A DNA stretch of 64,000 nt from an uncultured Gammaproteobacteria bacterium (GTDB lineage: Bacteria; Patescibacteriota; Patescibacteriia; Patescibacteriales; BS150m-G62): contig CAZMSR010000001.1 in assembly GCA_964569045.1 (NCBI GenBank), positions 2,593 to 66,592 of the forward strand, written 5' to 3'. This document shows positions 36,205 through 46,236 of this stretch, piece after piece. A program made the translations under genes and the position numbers. A model generated the notes under the pieces. It was given only the letters and a program-made list of their open reading frames with translations. It searched no databases and had not been told where the DNA came from. Position 1 is the stretch's first letter. Every line of letters starts with the position of its first letter.

Positions 36205-39200
36205 GTGCATAGGAAAAATTTTTTTCTAAAAACAAAAATTTTCAAACAAAAGGCAATAAGTGCCTTGATTTTTGTTTTTATATTTGTGCAAGTGGGTGTG
36301 CCGATAGTGGAGGCTCAGTCAAGACCTAGTAATTTGGCGCTAGCTTCTGCAGAAATAAAAACTAAAGCATATGGAACCGAGCAAGTAATTAAAAAACAAA
36401 CTAGGACTGACAAGGATCGTACTGCTGAGCAGATTCGTCAAGAAAGGTTAAAACAGCTTAATGATAAAGCAAAAAAAAGTACTTTTAGAAGTGTTGTTAG
36501 TAGTGTGCTTAATACTATAGCCTATGACACTGCTTCTTGGCTTGGGGCTGGAGGAAAAGGTCAAAAACCATTGTTTATTCGCGAAGGTTGGGGTGAATAT
36601 TTATCTAATATTGGTGATCAAGCTCTTGGGCAGTTTATTGAAGAGTTTGCTAAAGATTTTGTAGGAGACGCTTGTAACCCGGAAGTTGGTTTAAAAATAT
36701 CACTTGGGATGAAAGGTCAGCAACGACCAACTTTTGGAAAGTGTAGTTTTACTCAGATGGTTGATAACTGGGAACAAGCAATTGAAAGCACTGACTTTTT
36801 AAATAATTTTCAAAGTGTATTTGATCTGAATAATAGCACAACAGATATAAGCATGGCATTAAACGCAAATATTGGATTGCTTGAGTTTCAATTAAGTGAG
36901 CAAGAAAAAGGAAAAAGAACAAGAGGTAATACAGATGAAAATCTTCCACGTGACCCTGCCGGTCGTGCCACAGCACCGCCAGGAATGGCATCGGTTTTAA
37001 CCGAAGAGCCTCTTGAATGGTTTAGACAAAACTGCGCTAATCCTTCCGGAGATACTGTTTTGGTAGAAGCTATGACAGTATTTGTTTGTCAATTGTCTTA
37101 TACTGCTTTTGTGACTTTGCTTATGGATTTACTGGCTGATAAGCCAACAGTAACCGAGCCATATAGTGGTTCGTATAGTTTTGAGTCCGGTCCTAGAGCT
37201 GATGGAATATCAGGAACTAATGAATATATGCGTAGTATTCTTCAGCCTAATTTTGATATTCGCGGTGATTATGAAATTTTATCTGAATTAGTAAACTGCC
37301 CTAATCCTAATAAAGCCGGGCCAACAAACTGCGTAATAACTGAAAATTTTCGTAAGGCAATTTCAGAACGTAAAACAGTTAAAGAGGCTTTAAATGGATA
37401 TTTAAATCCGCAAGGAATATTTGGTTTTGTTTCTGAGGATCTAGAGCCATTGTATAATGAAGGTTATCCGTATAGATCAATGATTATTTTGCGTAAATTT
37501 AGAATTTTGCCTGTTGGGTGGGAATTAGCTGCTGAATATATAAGAAATAACCCAAGCGTTGGTACATTTAATTTGCAAGATCTTGTTGATTGTTATGATT
37601 CGACAGATAGTAATATGGCATGGTGCAGTGGCTTAGTTGACCCTGATTGGGTATTAAAAGCGCCGCTTAATAGCTGTAAATTAGAAGGACCAGGCCCGGA
37701 GATTATGCGCGAAAGTGTTGTGGGGCAAGGTGTTAATTCAAGAAGATCAGTTCAGCGTAATACTACATATTGTGCTGATGAGCAAAGTTGCATTAAAGAG
37801 CGAGATGATGGGTCATGCGATGCACACGGATATTGCACGGAAGAAAAACGTACTTGGAATTTTGCTGCTGAATCATGCAACCCTATTTTTAATACTTGCG
37901 ACACTTTTACTAGAGTAGATAATGATTCTTTTACTGTTAGTTATTTGCAAAATACTTTAGACACATGTGGTCAAAATGAAATTGGTTGCAAAGAATATTC
38001 AACTAAAGTTGAAACAGATGAATACGAGCCAATAACAGATGTTGTTAGTGAGTGGAGTGGTAGTCAAACTGATTCTATATTTTTTAATTCAAATGCAGCA
38101 GAGTGCACTGTAGACGAAGAAGGTTGCCATATGTTTTTAAGAGAAGCTACTAATAATACACCTACTTATTTAAAATTGCTTCCTGATTACTTGGGTCAAG
38201 TTTGCTATAATTTAGGCACAGATACAAGCGAATACTATAATTACAAAGAAGATCTAACGCCTGAAGTTAAAGCGCGTTGCGAACAATTTGTAAGGCGTTG
38301 TAATGCTAGCGAAGTAGGTTGCGAGCTATATACTGACATAGTACGCGGTGATAAGATCCCGGCTAAAATAACAACTTTAAACCAATGCCCAAATGAATGT
38401 GTTGGCTTTGATGAGTATCAAAAACGCGAAACTATTTTTGAAAGTAGTGAGAGCGCCTATTTTATCCCAAGATACGCTGATACTTGCCGCCTGGACATGG
38501 TTGGTTGCGATGAATTTACAAACTTAGACGAAGTAGCCCGCGGCGGTGAGGGTCGCGAATACTATGTTGATTTAAAACAATGCGTTGACCCGGACGAACC
38601 GGAAGGCGAAGCTTGCTCTAACTTTTACATTTGGGAGCAGCTTAACACCGGCCCGCAGTTAAACGTATTAAATTTAAAGGCAGATGCAAAAAATGGTGGC
38701 GCACCCGTAGTTACAAACAGCAATGAAGATTGCACAGAACAAACTTTTAACAATCCGGAGCATCCTAACTACAACCCTGATTGCCAAGAATTTTTAGACG
38801 AAAACGGTGAAAAGCACTACAAGCTTTACTCTAAAACAATTACCTGTTCCCAAGATTGCCATACCTACAGAAGAGCCGGGCAGAATATTGATTATAGTAT
38901 TGCAAAAAATAGTTGCAATAACGGAAGCAACGGTGATGAAAAAGGCTGGAGTTCAACACATAACGCTTGCGTGGTTTGTAAAAACGGTGGTAAATGGAAT
39001 TCAAGCCAAGGCGCTTGCCTCTATAGCGCTATACCCGGCGAAGGGCGTTTATGCTCCCAAGAATTTGCCGGTTGTCGCGAATACTCAGGCCCACAAGCTG
39101 CTAATGTTCGCGAAATCGCGCGCTATGATTTTGAAGGGGTTCATCCTTCTTTAGCTGATTGGAGTAATGCTGAAATAGCTAACGAAGCTTTGTTAATAAA

Positions 39201-42200
39201 CGGGCAGTCAATAACAAATACTTCAAGTCAAAGCTCAGTCTCACTTAATTTGGGCGGTAGATTAAGACCCGGTAGCACATATATACTTTCTTTTTACGTA
39301 AAGCCCGGTAATACTGCTAATTTTAAAGTGAAAATTGATGATACTAATGGTTCTGAGATTAAAGGACTAAAGCAAGACAAATGGCAAAGAGTTGAAGAAT
39401 TAATAACTTTAACCAATAGCGTTGCTAATCAAACAATGTCTATTGGATATGATAATGGAAGCACAAAATTCTACATTGATGACTTTAGGTTAATAGAGGT
39501 GATTGACAGATATTATTTTATGAAAGATTCTTTTGAGATTCCATCAATGTGTCATCAAGAATATTGGAAGCTTCTTAGTCCGGAAAATTATCCGATTCCT
39601 TTTAATGAAGGTGGTTATCCTTTTCCAAATTATTCGCTTGGATGCCGCGAATATCAAGATAGAGAAAGCGCTTCACATTTTTTAAAAGATTTTACAGAAC
39701 TATGCCAAGAAACAGCAGTCGGCTGCGAACGCATGATAGATACCCATAATTATACAGGTGAGGGAGCTGAAGCATGGAATGAAAGTAATCCGAATGAAGG
39801 CGATGATGCCTGCGATTCCGGAGAACAAAGCTGCGTTTCTGTTCTGGCTAATAACTTAGTGTATGTAGTATATGATACTGAAAAGCAGTGTAATGCAGAT
39901 GATAAAGGTTGCTCAAGATTTGGCGAGAAAAAGTCTGTTGCAGGTACTCCGTATTACGAAGATGCTTATATTAAAAATAATCCGGATCATTATAGTACTT
40001 CAGTAGATTCTGATGCTATTTTATGCACTCAAGATGGTATTAGTTGTAAAGCTTGGATTTCGGAAATTAATGGTACGCGCTATTTTAAAGATCCGGAAGG
40101 CAAGGAGTGTGAATGGCGAGCTAATAGTGATGGAATAGAAAATTGGTATCAAAAAAAAGCGAATCGTTGTGATACAGATAGCAACGGAGTAATTAATGAT
40201 AGTGAAAATCTTCCAGCTAATAGTGGAGCGAATGGTGCATTAAGCCCGGCTTGCGCAAGCGCTCGTTCTTGCAGTGTAATCACTGATCCGTCTGATAGCT
40301 GCCAAAAAGACAGTGATTGTGGTAATAATACTTGCATTGATTCGCAGTGTCGTTATTCTTGTATTCGTGATAATCGAGATCATGTGTGCGGTAATCAAAA
40401 TGCTTTAAAAACAATTGGCTCAAATGGTGTTAATTCTCACATTAGTCAGCCAAGTGGCAGTGATGGTTGGGTTGGGGTTTGCCCAATTCGTGAATCCGGA
40501 TGCACAGAATATATTGATCCAATTGCAGAATTTAGCACAAATTTAGTATTTAACCCAAGCGGTGAAGAAATTGCCGGAGTTAATAATGCAGGTTGGGAAA
40601 ATCATACTCCAAACGGATTTAAGCAGGAGATCGAAGTCGAACCGGCTACGCTTTATACAATTAAAGGCGCAACTAAGTTTCAGTGTGATAATGCTATAGA
40701 TAAAATGAATTCAGATAATGTTTTGGTAAATGTGGCATTAACTACAGATATTACTTTGACAAATGGAGAAAGTATTTTATTTAAAACAAATAATAATGCT
40801 AATAAATGTACTGTTTTTAGGGATGGTGATGTAACGGAAGTTATCTTACGCAAAGCAGAGGCGAATTATAGGTTATTAAAAGATATTGACAGAAGTTCTT
40901 GCCATGAACCTGATTTTGATAGTGGCTGTATTTTGTTTAATGAAAGAACTCAGTTTGGCTATAGCGAGAATATGAGTAGTCTTTCTTATAATGCTGACAA
41001 TTTAGAGGCTTTGAATAATTGTACAAATGGAGCTAATTGTGACTCAAACCAAATTTTAAAAGTTGAACCTAATAGAGTTTGCGCTGAATGGCTTGCGTGC
41101 AGGTCAATGGTTAAGGTTAGGGATGAAGATGGTCAAGAATCAAGTGTTTGCCTAGGTGTTGGAGCATGTAATGGTCTTGATAGTAATGATGAATGTAGTA
41201 GTTTTGTAAGAAAAGAAAGAATAAATAATGACTATACAAAAGATAGCGTAACAGCGGCAAGTGTTAGTAATTTATCCGGATATTCTAAGATTGGGTACTC
41301 AAAATATAAAAACAATGCTCAATTGCCATCATTTGAACGAAATGATTTATTTTCATTAAGTGCTATGAGTCAGGTTGGTGAAATTGCAGTAGTGCCAAAT
41401 GGTAGCTTTGAATTTTCAGGTGAGAATGGATACCCGATTGGTTGGAGTTGGGATAATCAAGAAGAAGTTGATAAGGTTTGGACACCAAATGTTTTTAAAG
41501 TAATTAATAGTCCTTATGAGGTAAAAGAAGTTGAAGTTATTAATTTTTCACCTGCCGGAGAGGGATTTATTAAAATTGGTTCATCTCATGTAGTAATTTC
41601 AGAAGAAATAGATGTTGAGCCTCAAAGAGATTATATTTTTACTGCCTATATTAATACTCAAAATTTACAGGTTGGTAACGGTGTGATTGATATTGTATCA
41701 GCCGGAGAATCTATTACTAGCACAACAGAAGATCAAGGAGGTGAGGGTTGGATATTTAAAATAAAGAAATTTAGATCAAATTCAAATCAAATTAATATTA
41801 AACTATATAATGATGACAACGATTCTTCAGGAGTTTTTTATGTAGATGGAATAAAATTAAGACCGGCTTTACATACTAGAATTGAATCTACTGAAACTGA
41901 AGACCAAACTAGTTCTGACAATTGGTATGTGCCGCAATCATGCAAACTTTATCCTGAGCCAAGTTCCTTAGCTTGCGAGTATATTGATGACTCCGGTGTT
42001 AATCAAAGGGGGTTGTATGGATATTGCTTAGAATATGATAGATATCCGGGTGATGAAAACACATGTTTGCTTTGGTATCCGGTTAATAGAGTTAAAGGCG
42101 ATTGGATAGAAGAAGGTGCGGGCTATAGTGATAGGTTTCCTCTTTATTATTGCCTTGAAGCAGTTGGATACTGCTCTGGAACAGAAGGTGAGATACCGGC

Positions 42201-44076
42201 ATTGTATTGTAATAAGTTAGTTAAGGTTGTAACAGAAACAGGTAAAAGTAAGTTTTGGTATTCAAGGGTTAGGGAAGGCAGTGATCATAGTATTGAATTT
42301 AGTAATGCAAGTGAAAATAAGCATATTTATTGGGGGGCAATTAATCCAATGGGGCACGAGATTGTTAATTTAGGTTATTCGCGTGATTCTAGTCCGTATG
42401 GTAGTATTGTAGCTCCTGCGCCAACTCATAATCCTTTTGAGTGGGATGGGTTAAAGCGACGAGGCAAAGAAGTTTTAAAAGAACCATTACAGATTTATGA
42501 TGCAATATCAGGAGAGGGATTAATTAGAGCCGGTACCCCGTATTATGGCAATGGAATTACTTGTCGAAAAGTATTTGAGCGTGAGCGATACGGAAGTTGT
42601 GGGACTCGTCATGAAGTAAATAGAGGAATTTGGGATTCATGTACAATGAAGTCATATAATGATGATTGTAACACAGCTACACCTTTTGCCTCCACAACCA
42701 ATGAATTAGGAGAAGTTATAACTACTCATGTTGATTGTTGCGGTGGTCGTGGTAGAAAATTAACAGTAACAACACAGTGTTTTAGTGATTTAAAATATAA
42801 TATAGCTGAAAATGAGGTGCAGGCAGTTAGTGGGTTAAAATCAATTTTTGCTCAAAGTTATGGTACTTGGGTATGGAATGGTAATGATGAAAGTGGTTTT
42901 TATGAAAAAGTGCCAGATGATATGGATATTACAACTAAACAGCAATGTGTTTCAGATGATCCAGGAACTGTAGGCGTAGAATGCGCAATGAATAATTCTA
43001 ATGACTGCCCATATGGTTATTGCCCTAAAAGTAATAATGTGCAAGAAGGGGACAGTTTAGGCTATTATCAGTGCGGTGTCTTGAATATATCTTGTTGTCC
43101 GGAAAATAAAAAAGTTTTAATTGATTCATGTAAAAGTATTGATGGAGATTTTAATTGCGTTGAGGGTTTTTGTGATAAGCTTCCAAGCCAAGCATGTACT
43201 ATAGAATATAGATGTAATTTAACAGACACAACTCAGGTAATAGTTGATACTCATGATTGCAGTCAATATAATAATGCAATATGTAAAGAAGTTACTACTC
43301 TTAATGCTTCAAAAACTTGTATAGGTGGCGAGAATCATGGGCATGTGTGTCAGGCGCATGCATGTATAAATGGAGTTTGTGATCTTGTTTCAACTTATGA
43401 GTCTAGCAATAGTAGTTCAGGAAGTCATAGCTGGGAACCTCCGAATAGTATTTGTGAGAATAATACACGCCCTGATTACCATAATGATTCTTCTAAAAAT
43501 GGTAATGGTAATAATAGTTATTGCGCAGTAACGCCAAGTATTACAAATATTCGTATTGATAATCCAAATATAGTTAAAACAGGTTTTGTTAATTTAACTT
43601 TTAATTCAGATGTTAATGAAGATCAATTACCATTAACAATGGTTTCAGTTGATTGGGGTGATGGAAAGGAAACAACAATTACTGGTGCTGACATGCTTGA
43701 TAGGTCAAATAATAAATACCCTCACTCATTCTATCATTTATACGACTACTGGGATTTAAAAAGAAGTGATGCAGACAATGATGGCATCATCTGTGAAACA
43801 GAGAGTACTCCAAGTAACCGCAATTATTGCAAAATTAAACCAAAAGTAAAAATTCGTGATAACTGGGGGTGGTGTAATGCTACTGATACTGCTACTGATA
43901 CTACTACTGATACTACTACTGATACTACTACTGCTACTGATACTACTACTGATACTACTACTGCTACTGATGCTACTACTACTGATACTGATACTGATAC
44001 TGATGCTACTACTACTGCTACTAATTGCAATTATTGGGAGGAATATAACGATGATATTAAAGTTTATGAAAAATAG
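36205..44076 (+). CDS. giant (2623 aa) Cys-rich exported surface protein with CBM4_9-like, PKD-like and Thr/Asp-repeat regions
   Basis: Uninterrupted ORF from GTG 36205. Signal peptide ..VPIVEAQS. About ten GCxE(Y/F)-type motifs. Two jelly-roll-like segments ending FYIDDFRLIEV and FYVDGIKLRPA. VDWGDGKE near the C-terminus. Confidence 0.8.
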   Translation: MHRKNFFLKTKIFKQKAISALIFVFIFVQVGVPIVEAQSRPSNLALASAEIKTKAYGTEQVIKKQTRTDKDRTAEQIRQERLKQLNDKAKKSTFRSVVSSVLNTIAYDTASWLGAGGKGQKPLFIREGWGEYLSNIGDQALGQFIEEFAKDFVGDACNPEVGLKISLGMKGQQRPTFGKCSFTQMVDNWEQAIESTDFLNNFQSVFDLNNSTTDISMALNANIGLLEFQLSEQEKGKRTRGNTDENLPRDPAGRATAPPGMASVLTEEPLEWFRQNCANPSGDTVLVEAMTVFVCQLSYTAFVTLLMDLLADKPTVTEPYSGSYSFESGPRADGISGTNEYMRSILQPNFDIRGDYEILSELVNCPNPNKAGPTNCVITENFRKAISERKTVKEALNGYLNPQGIFGFVSEDLEPLYNEGYPYRSMIILRKFRILPVGWELAAEYIRNNPSVGTFNLQDLVDCYDSTDSNMAWCSGLVDPDWVLKAPLNSCKLEGPGPEIMRESVVGQGVNSRRSVQRNTTYCADEQSCIKERDDGSCDAHGYCTEEKRTWNFAAESCNPIFNTCDTFTRVDNDSFTVSYLQNTLDTCGQNEIGCKEYSTKVETDEYEPITDVVSEWSGSQTDSIFFNSNAAECTVDEEGCHMFLREATNNTPTYLKLLPDYLGQVCYNLGTDTSEYYNYKEDLTPEVKARCEQFVRRCNASEVGCELYTDIVRGDKIPAKITTLNQCPNECVGFDEYQKRETIFESSESAYFIPRYADTCRLDMVGCDEFTNLDEVARGGEGREYYVDLKQCVDPDEPEGEACSNFYIWEQLNTGPQLNVLNLKADAKNGGAPVVTNSNEDCTEQTFNNPEHPNYNPDCQEFLDENGEKHYKLYSKTITCSQDCHTYRRAGQNIDYSIAKNSCNNGSNGDEKGWSSTHNACVVCKNGGKWNSSQGACLYSAIPGEGRLCSQEFAGCREYSGPQAANVREIARYDFEGVHPSLADWSNAEIANEALLINGQSITNTSSQSSVSLNLGGRLRPGSTYILSFYVKPGNTANFKVKIDDTNGSEIKGLKQDKWQRVEELITLTNSVANQTMSIGYDNGSTKFYIDDFRLIEVIDRYYFMKDSFEIPSMCHQEYWKLLSPENYPIPFNEGGYPFPNYSLGCREYQDRESASHFLKDFTELCQETAVGCERMIDTHNYTGEGAEAWNESNPNEGDDACDSGEQSCVSVLANNLVYVVYDTEKQCNADDKGCSRFGEKKSVAGTPYYEDAYIKNNPDHYSTSVDSDAILCTQDGISCKAWISEINGTRYFKDPEGKECEWRANSDGIENWYQKKANRCDTDSNGVINDSENLPANSGANGALSPACASARSCSVITDPSDSCQKDSDCGNNTCIDSQCRYSCIRDNRDHVCGNQNALKTIGSNGVNSHISQPSGSDGWVGVCPIRESGCTEYIDPIAEFSTNLVFNPSGEEIAGVNNAGWENHTPNGFKQEIEVEPATLYTIKGATKFQCDNAIDKMNSDNVLVNVALTTDITLTNGESILFKTNNNANKCTVFRDGDVTEVILRKAEANYRLLKDIDRSSCHEPDFDSGCILFNERTQFGYSENMSSLSYNADNLEALNNCTNGANCDSNQILKVEPNRVCAEWLACRSMVKVRDEDGQESSVCLGVGACNGLDSNDECSSFVRKERINNDYTKDSVTAASVSNLSGYSKIGYSKYKNNAQLPSFERNDLFSLSAMSQVGEIAVVPNGSFEFSGENGYPIGWSWDNQEEVDKVWTPNVFKVINSPYEVKEVEVINFSPAGEGFIKIGSSHVVISEEIDVEPQRDYIFTAYINTQNLQVGNGVIDIVSAGESITSTTEDQGGEGWIFKIKKFRSNSNQINIKLYNDDNDSSGVFYVDGIKLRPALHTRIESTETEDQTSSDNWYVPQSCKLYPEPSSLACEYIDDSGVNQRGLYGYCLEYDRYPGDENTCLLWYPVNRVKGDWIEEGAGYSDRFPLYYCLEAVGYCSGTEGEIPALYCNKLVKVVTETGKSKFWYSRVREGSDHSIEFSNASENKHIYWGAINPMGHEIVNLGYSRDSSPYGSIVAPAPTHNPFEWDGLKRRGKEVLKEPLQIYDAISGEGLIRAGTPYYGNGITCRKVFERERYGSCGTRHEVNRGIWDSCTMKSYNDDCNTATPFASTTNELGEVITTHVDCCGGRGRKLTVTTQCFSDLKYNIAENEVQAVSGLKSIFAQSYGTWVWNGNDESGFYEKVPDDMDITTKQQCVSDDPGTVGVECAMNNSNDCPYGYCPKSNNVQEGDSLGYYQCGVLNISCCPENKKVLIDSCKSIDGDFNCVEGFCDKLPSQACTIEYRCNLTDTTQVIVDTHDCSQYNNAICKEVTTLNASKTCIGGENHGHVCQAHACINGVCDLVSTYESSNSSSGSHSWEPPNSICENNTRPDYHNDSSKNGNGNNSYCAVTPSITNIRIDNPNIVKTGFVNLTFNSDVNEDQLPLTMVSVDWGDGKETTITGADMLDRSNNKYPHSFYHLYDYWDLKRSDADNDGIICETESTPSNRNYCKIKPKVKIRDNWGWCNATDTATDTTTDTTTDTTTATDTTTDTTTATDATTTDTDTDTDATTTATNCNYWEEYNDDIKVYEK
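43879..44022 (+). repeat. in-frame ACT/GAT/GCT trinucleotide tandem repeat (48 codons of T/D/A)
   Basis: Encodes ATDTATDTTTDTTTDTTTATDTTTDTTTATDATTTDTDTDTDATTTAT near the C-terminus of the giant protein. Generates spurious ORFs in other frames. Confidence 0.9.
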
Positions 44077-44098
44077 TTTTAAGTGAATTGAGTTAATT

Positions 44099-44135
44099 AA
44101 AAAATTCGAGCTTTATGCAGATACTCGAATTTTTT
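44099..44135. terminator. intrinsic terminator after the giant gene
   Basis: AAAAAATTCGAG - 13-nt loop - CTCGAATTTTTT. 12-bp perfect palindromic arms with a T-run. Lies 23 nt after the stop. Confidence 0.6.
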
Positions 44136-44194
44136 AATCCCAAAAAAATATGCTACAATAATTATAATAAGATAAATATATTTTTTATATTAAA

Positions 44195-45280
44195 ATGGTT
44201 AATTCAAAGCTTTTGTTTAAATATTTTAGTTTTGTTATTGCAGTTTTCGCGCTTGGATTTTTTGTTTTGCCTAAAACTTCTTTTTCGCGCGACGTTTCTC
44301 CGGACGCAATAGCCGTAAGGGTTATTCCAAACCCTAATCATTATTCAGTAACCCGCTGGTATAAAGAACAAGGATTTCGCGGCAACCCTCAGCAATTTAA
44401 AGTAGACGAATACCGGGCCCTGCGAGACGGCTCAACAGTCTATGTTAATGCAGCAAATATTACCGGAGAGTGTGTTAATGGAAATGGAACAGTGGTAACA
44501 AATTCTATAGTCTGCTCAACCGATGATGAATGCGTAGCAGAATATGAAATTGATACTCCTCCATACACTTGTAACTTAACTAACTTTTACACCAACATCT
44601 ACGTAATAGCTAAAAATAGAGGCGCGGATGCTTTAACCGAAAATATTTTTACGCAAGTTTTGAATTCTTTTAAATTAAACGCAAACTTACCGGAACCCGG
44701 TATTTGCCAAAATTTGGCAGATACAGATTGTGCTAATGATAACGATTGCGAAGCAGGTGAAGAATGTGATACTGCAAATGGTCAAAATCCGGGAGTTTGC
44801 CAATTAAAATGCGACTACGACTATGACTGCCCTAGTGAATCCTATTGCTCATCTGACAAAGCCGAAGTAATTCGCGATGTTAAGCGTTTGGCCGATCTAA
44901 CTGACATTAAAATAGCTCTTAACAATTACAGAGGTATTCATGGCCATTACCCTAAGCTTGAGTCCGGCACATATGTACCCCACATGACCCTTTCCACCTG
45001 GCCTAGTTGGCAGAAAACCTTAGCTCGTGAGTTAGGCTTACCAAGCTTGCCAACTGATCCTATTAATAGGTTAGGTGAGTGTGTTTCTGCTTATAATCCT
45101 AATGGCGACGATAATGGATCTTCGATTCAAATTTCCCCGGACCCAATAACCTGCTGGGATGAAGTTAATAAGATTTTTGCAGATACAGATCCTAATGATT
45201 CAGGCCCGAATTTACCCTCAAATAGCCATGTATACTTATATATAACCGATCCTGAAGGATTAGGCTATGGAATTGAATAA
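44195..45280 (+). CDS. anchored/secreted Cys-rich protein with a pilin-head-like segment
   Basis: N-terminal hydrophobic helix. KRLADLTDIKIALNNYRGIHGHYP...LPTDPIN resembles the globular-domain motif of type IV pilins/pseudopilins, but there is no class III (G/FTLIE) leader. Confidence 0.55.
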   Translation: MVNSKLLFKYFSFVIAVFALGFFVLPKTSFSRDVSPDAIAVRVIPNPNHYSVTRWYKEQGFRGNPQQFKVDEYRALRDGSTVYVNAANITGECVNGNGTVVTNSIVCSTDDECVAEYEIDTPPYTCNLTNFYTNIYVIAKNRGADALTENIFTQVLNSFKLNANLPEPGICQNLADTDCANDNDCEAGEECDTANGQNPGVCQLKCDYDYDCPSESYCSSDKAEVIRDVKRLADLTDIKIALNNYRGIHGHYPKLESGTYVPHMTLSTWPSWQKTLARELGLPSLPTDPINRLGECVSAYNPNGDDNGSSIQISPDPITCWDEVNKIFADTDPNDSGPNLPSNSHVYLYITDPEGLGYGIE

Positions 45281-45338
45281 ATGCTTAATAATTATGATTG
45301 TAGTATTTATTAATATTTATAAGTTTTTTAATATTAGA

Positions 45339-46223
45339 ATGAAATATTTATTTACAATTTGTTTGCTATTTTTTGGTTGCGCAATGCAGGCTAAGGCCTT
45401 TAATATATGTGCAGTAATGGAGTCTGGGTTTGTAACCGAATTAAGTGGCGGAGCATGCCCCGGTAGTGCATCCGGTGCTTCAGCGGAGGTGTCTTATGAA
45501 TTTAAATTAGGAGCATCTTGTGGTGATGGTGTAGTTGGGCTAGCAAGTTCAGAGGAATGCGATTGTGGAAAAGATTCTAATGGAAAGCGAATATTAAGAT
45601 GCTTGGGAGGAGGCACAGGCCATAATGACCAGTATATTTGCACTGATTGTAGATGGAATAATAGTGGTTGGCTAGGAGATGGAATAACAAATGGAAGCGA
45701 AGTGTGTGATCCGGTAGTAAATTTAATTGACGGCACAAAACCTCGAATTAAGCCATGCACTGTTCAAACAAATTTTCCAAATTATTGCGCTCAAGAGTTA
45801 TCAGGTAATCAAAAATGCGCATCTAACGGTAAATCATGGGAAGAGTGCGATGCATTAAGGCCAGTGCCTTCTGAAGATGAGTTTTCGCAGTGCAAAGCTA
45901 TTGGTAATACATTAAGTGATTATGTATGTTGTGTTTTAATAGGGTGTGATCAGGATGGATGCGCTTGTTGTGGTAGAGGCAAAGCCGAGACTCCGGAAGG
46001 TTATGATACTGTTGGATCAATGGATGCCACATGGAATCCTGACAAGTCGCTTAAGGATGATTTTCGAAGTAATAACCAAAATATATATAATAGCTGTGGG
46101 GAGTATTCTGAAGCCGGGAATGATCCAGAAAATGCATGTAAGTTAGTTAGATCAAATGATAATCCACGGAATTGGAAAACAGTAGTAAATAATGCTACCG
46201 CTCGTCATAAATGTTGGAAGTAA
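45339..46223 (+). CDS. secreted Cys-rich protein (CGDG..EECD repeat type)
   Basis: Start moved to ATG 45339 (signal peptide MKYLFTICLLFFGCAMQAKA). The mature N-terminus FNICAVMES is shared with the 47225 product. SCGDGVVGLASSEECDCG motif. Confidence 0.6.
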   Translation: MKYLFTICLLFFGCAMQAKAFNICAVMESGFVTELSGGACPGSASGASAEVSYEFKLGASCGDGVVGLASSEECDCGKDSNGKRILRCLGGGTGHNDQYICTDCRWNNSGWLGDGITNGSEVCDPVVNLIDGTKPRIKPCTVQTNFPNYCAQELSGNQKCASNGKSWEECDALRPVPSEDEFSQCKAIGNTLSDYVCCVLIGCDQDGCACCGRGKAETPEGYDTVGSMDATWNPDKSLKDDFRSNNQNIYNSCGEYSEAGNDPENACKLVRSNDNPRNWKTVVNNATARHKCWK

Positions 46224-46236
46224 TTAATATATTAAT

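Noticed and set aside
38807-39154. 115-aa alternative-frame ORF inside the giant gene (also 37715..37918, 40149..40337, 48627..48908)
   Set aside because: They are nested in long CDSs with coherent domain content. They occur in locally GC-richer stretches where stop codons are rarer by chance.
43824-44086. Two ORFs (68 aa on the minus strand, 76 aa on the plus strand) encoding poly-Val/Ser and poly-Leu sequences
   Set aside because: They are alternative-frame readings of the ACT/GAT trinucleotide array inside the giant gene. They are low complexity, have no start context, and are fully nested in a strongly supported CDS.
44115-44312. 65-aa plus-strand ORF
   Set aside because: It starts within the terminator loop of the giant gene and overlaps the better-supported 44195 gene in another frame. 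It is AT-rich and low complexity.
45267-45338. Upstream extension of the 45339 gene (the ORF track starts at 45267)
   Set aside because: The extension overlaps the previous gene and precedes a canonical signal peptide that starts at ATG 45339. The internal ATG is the more plausible start.
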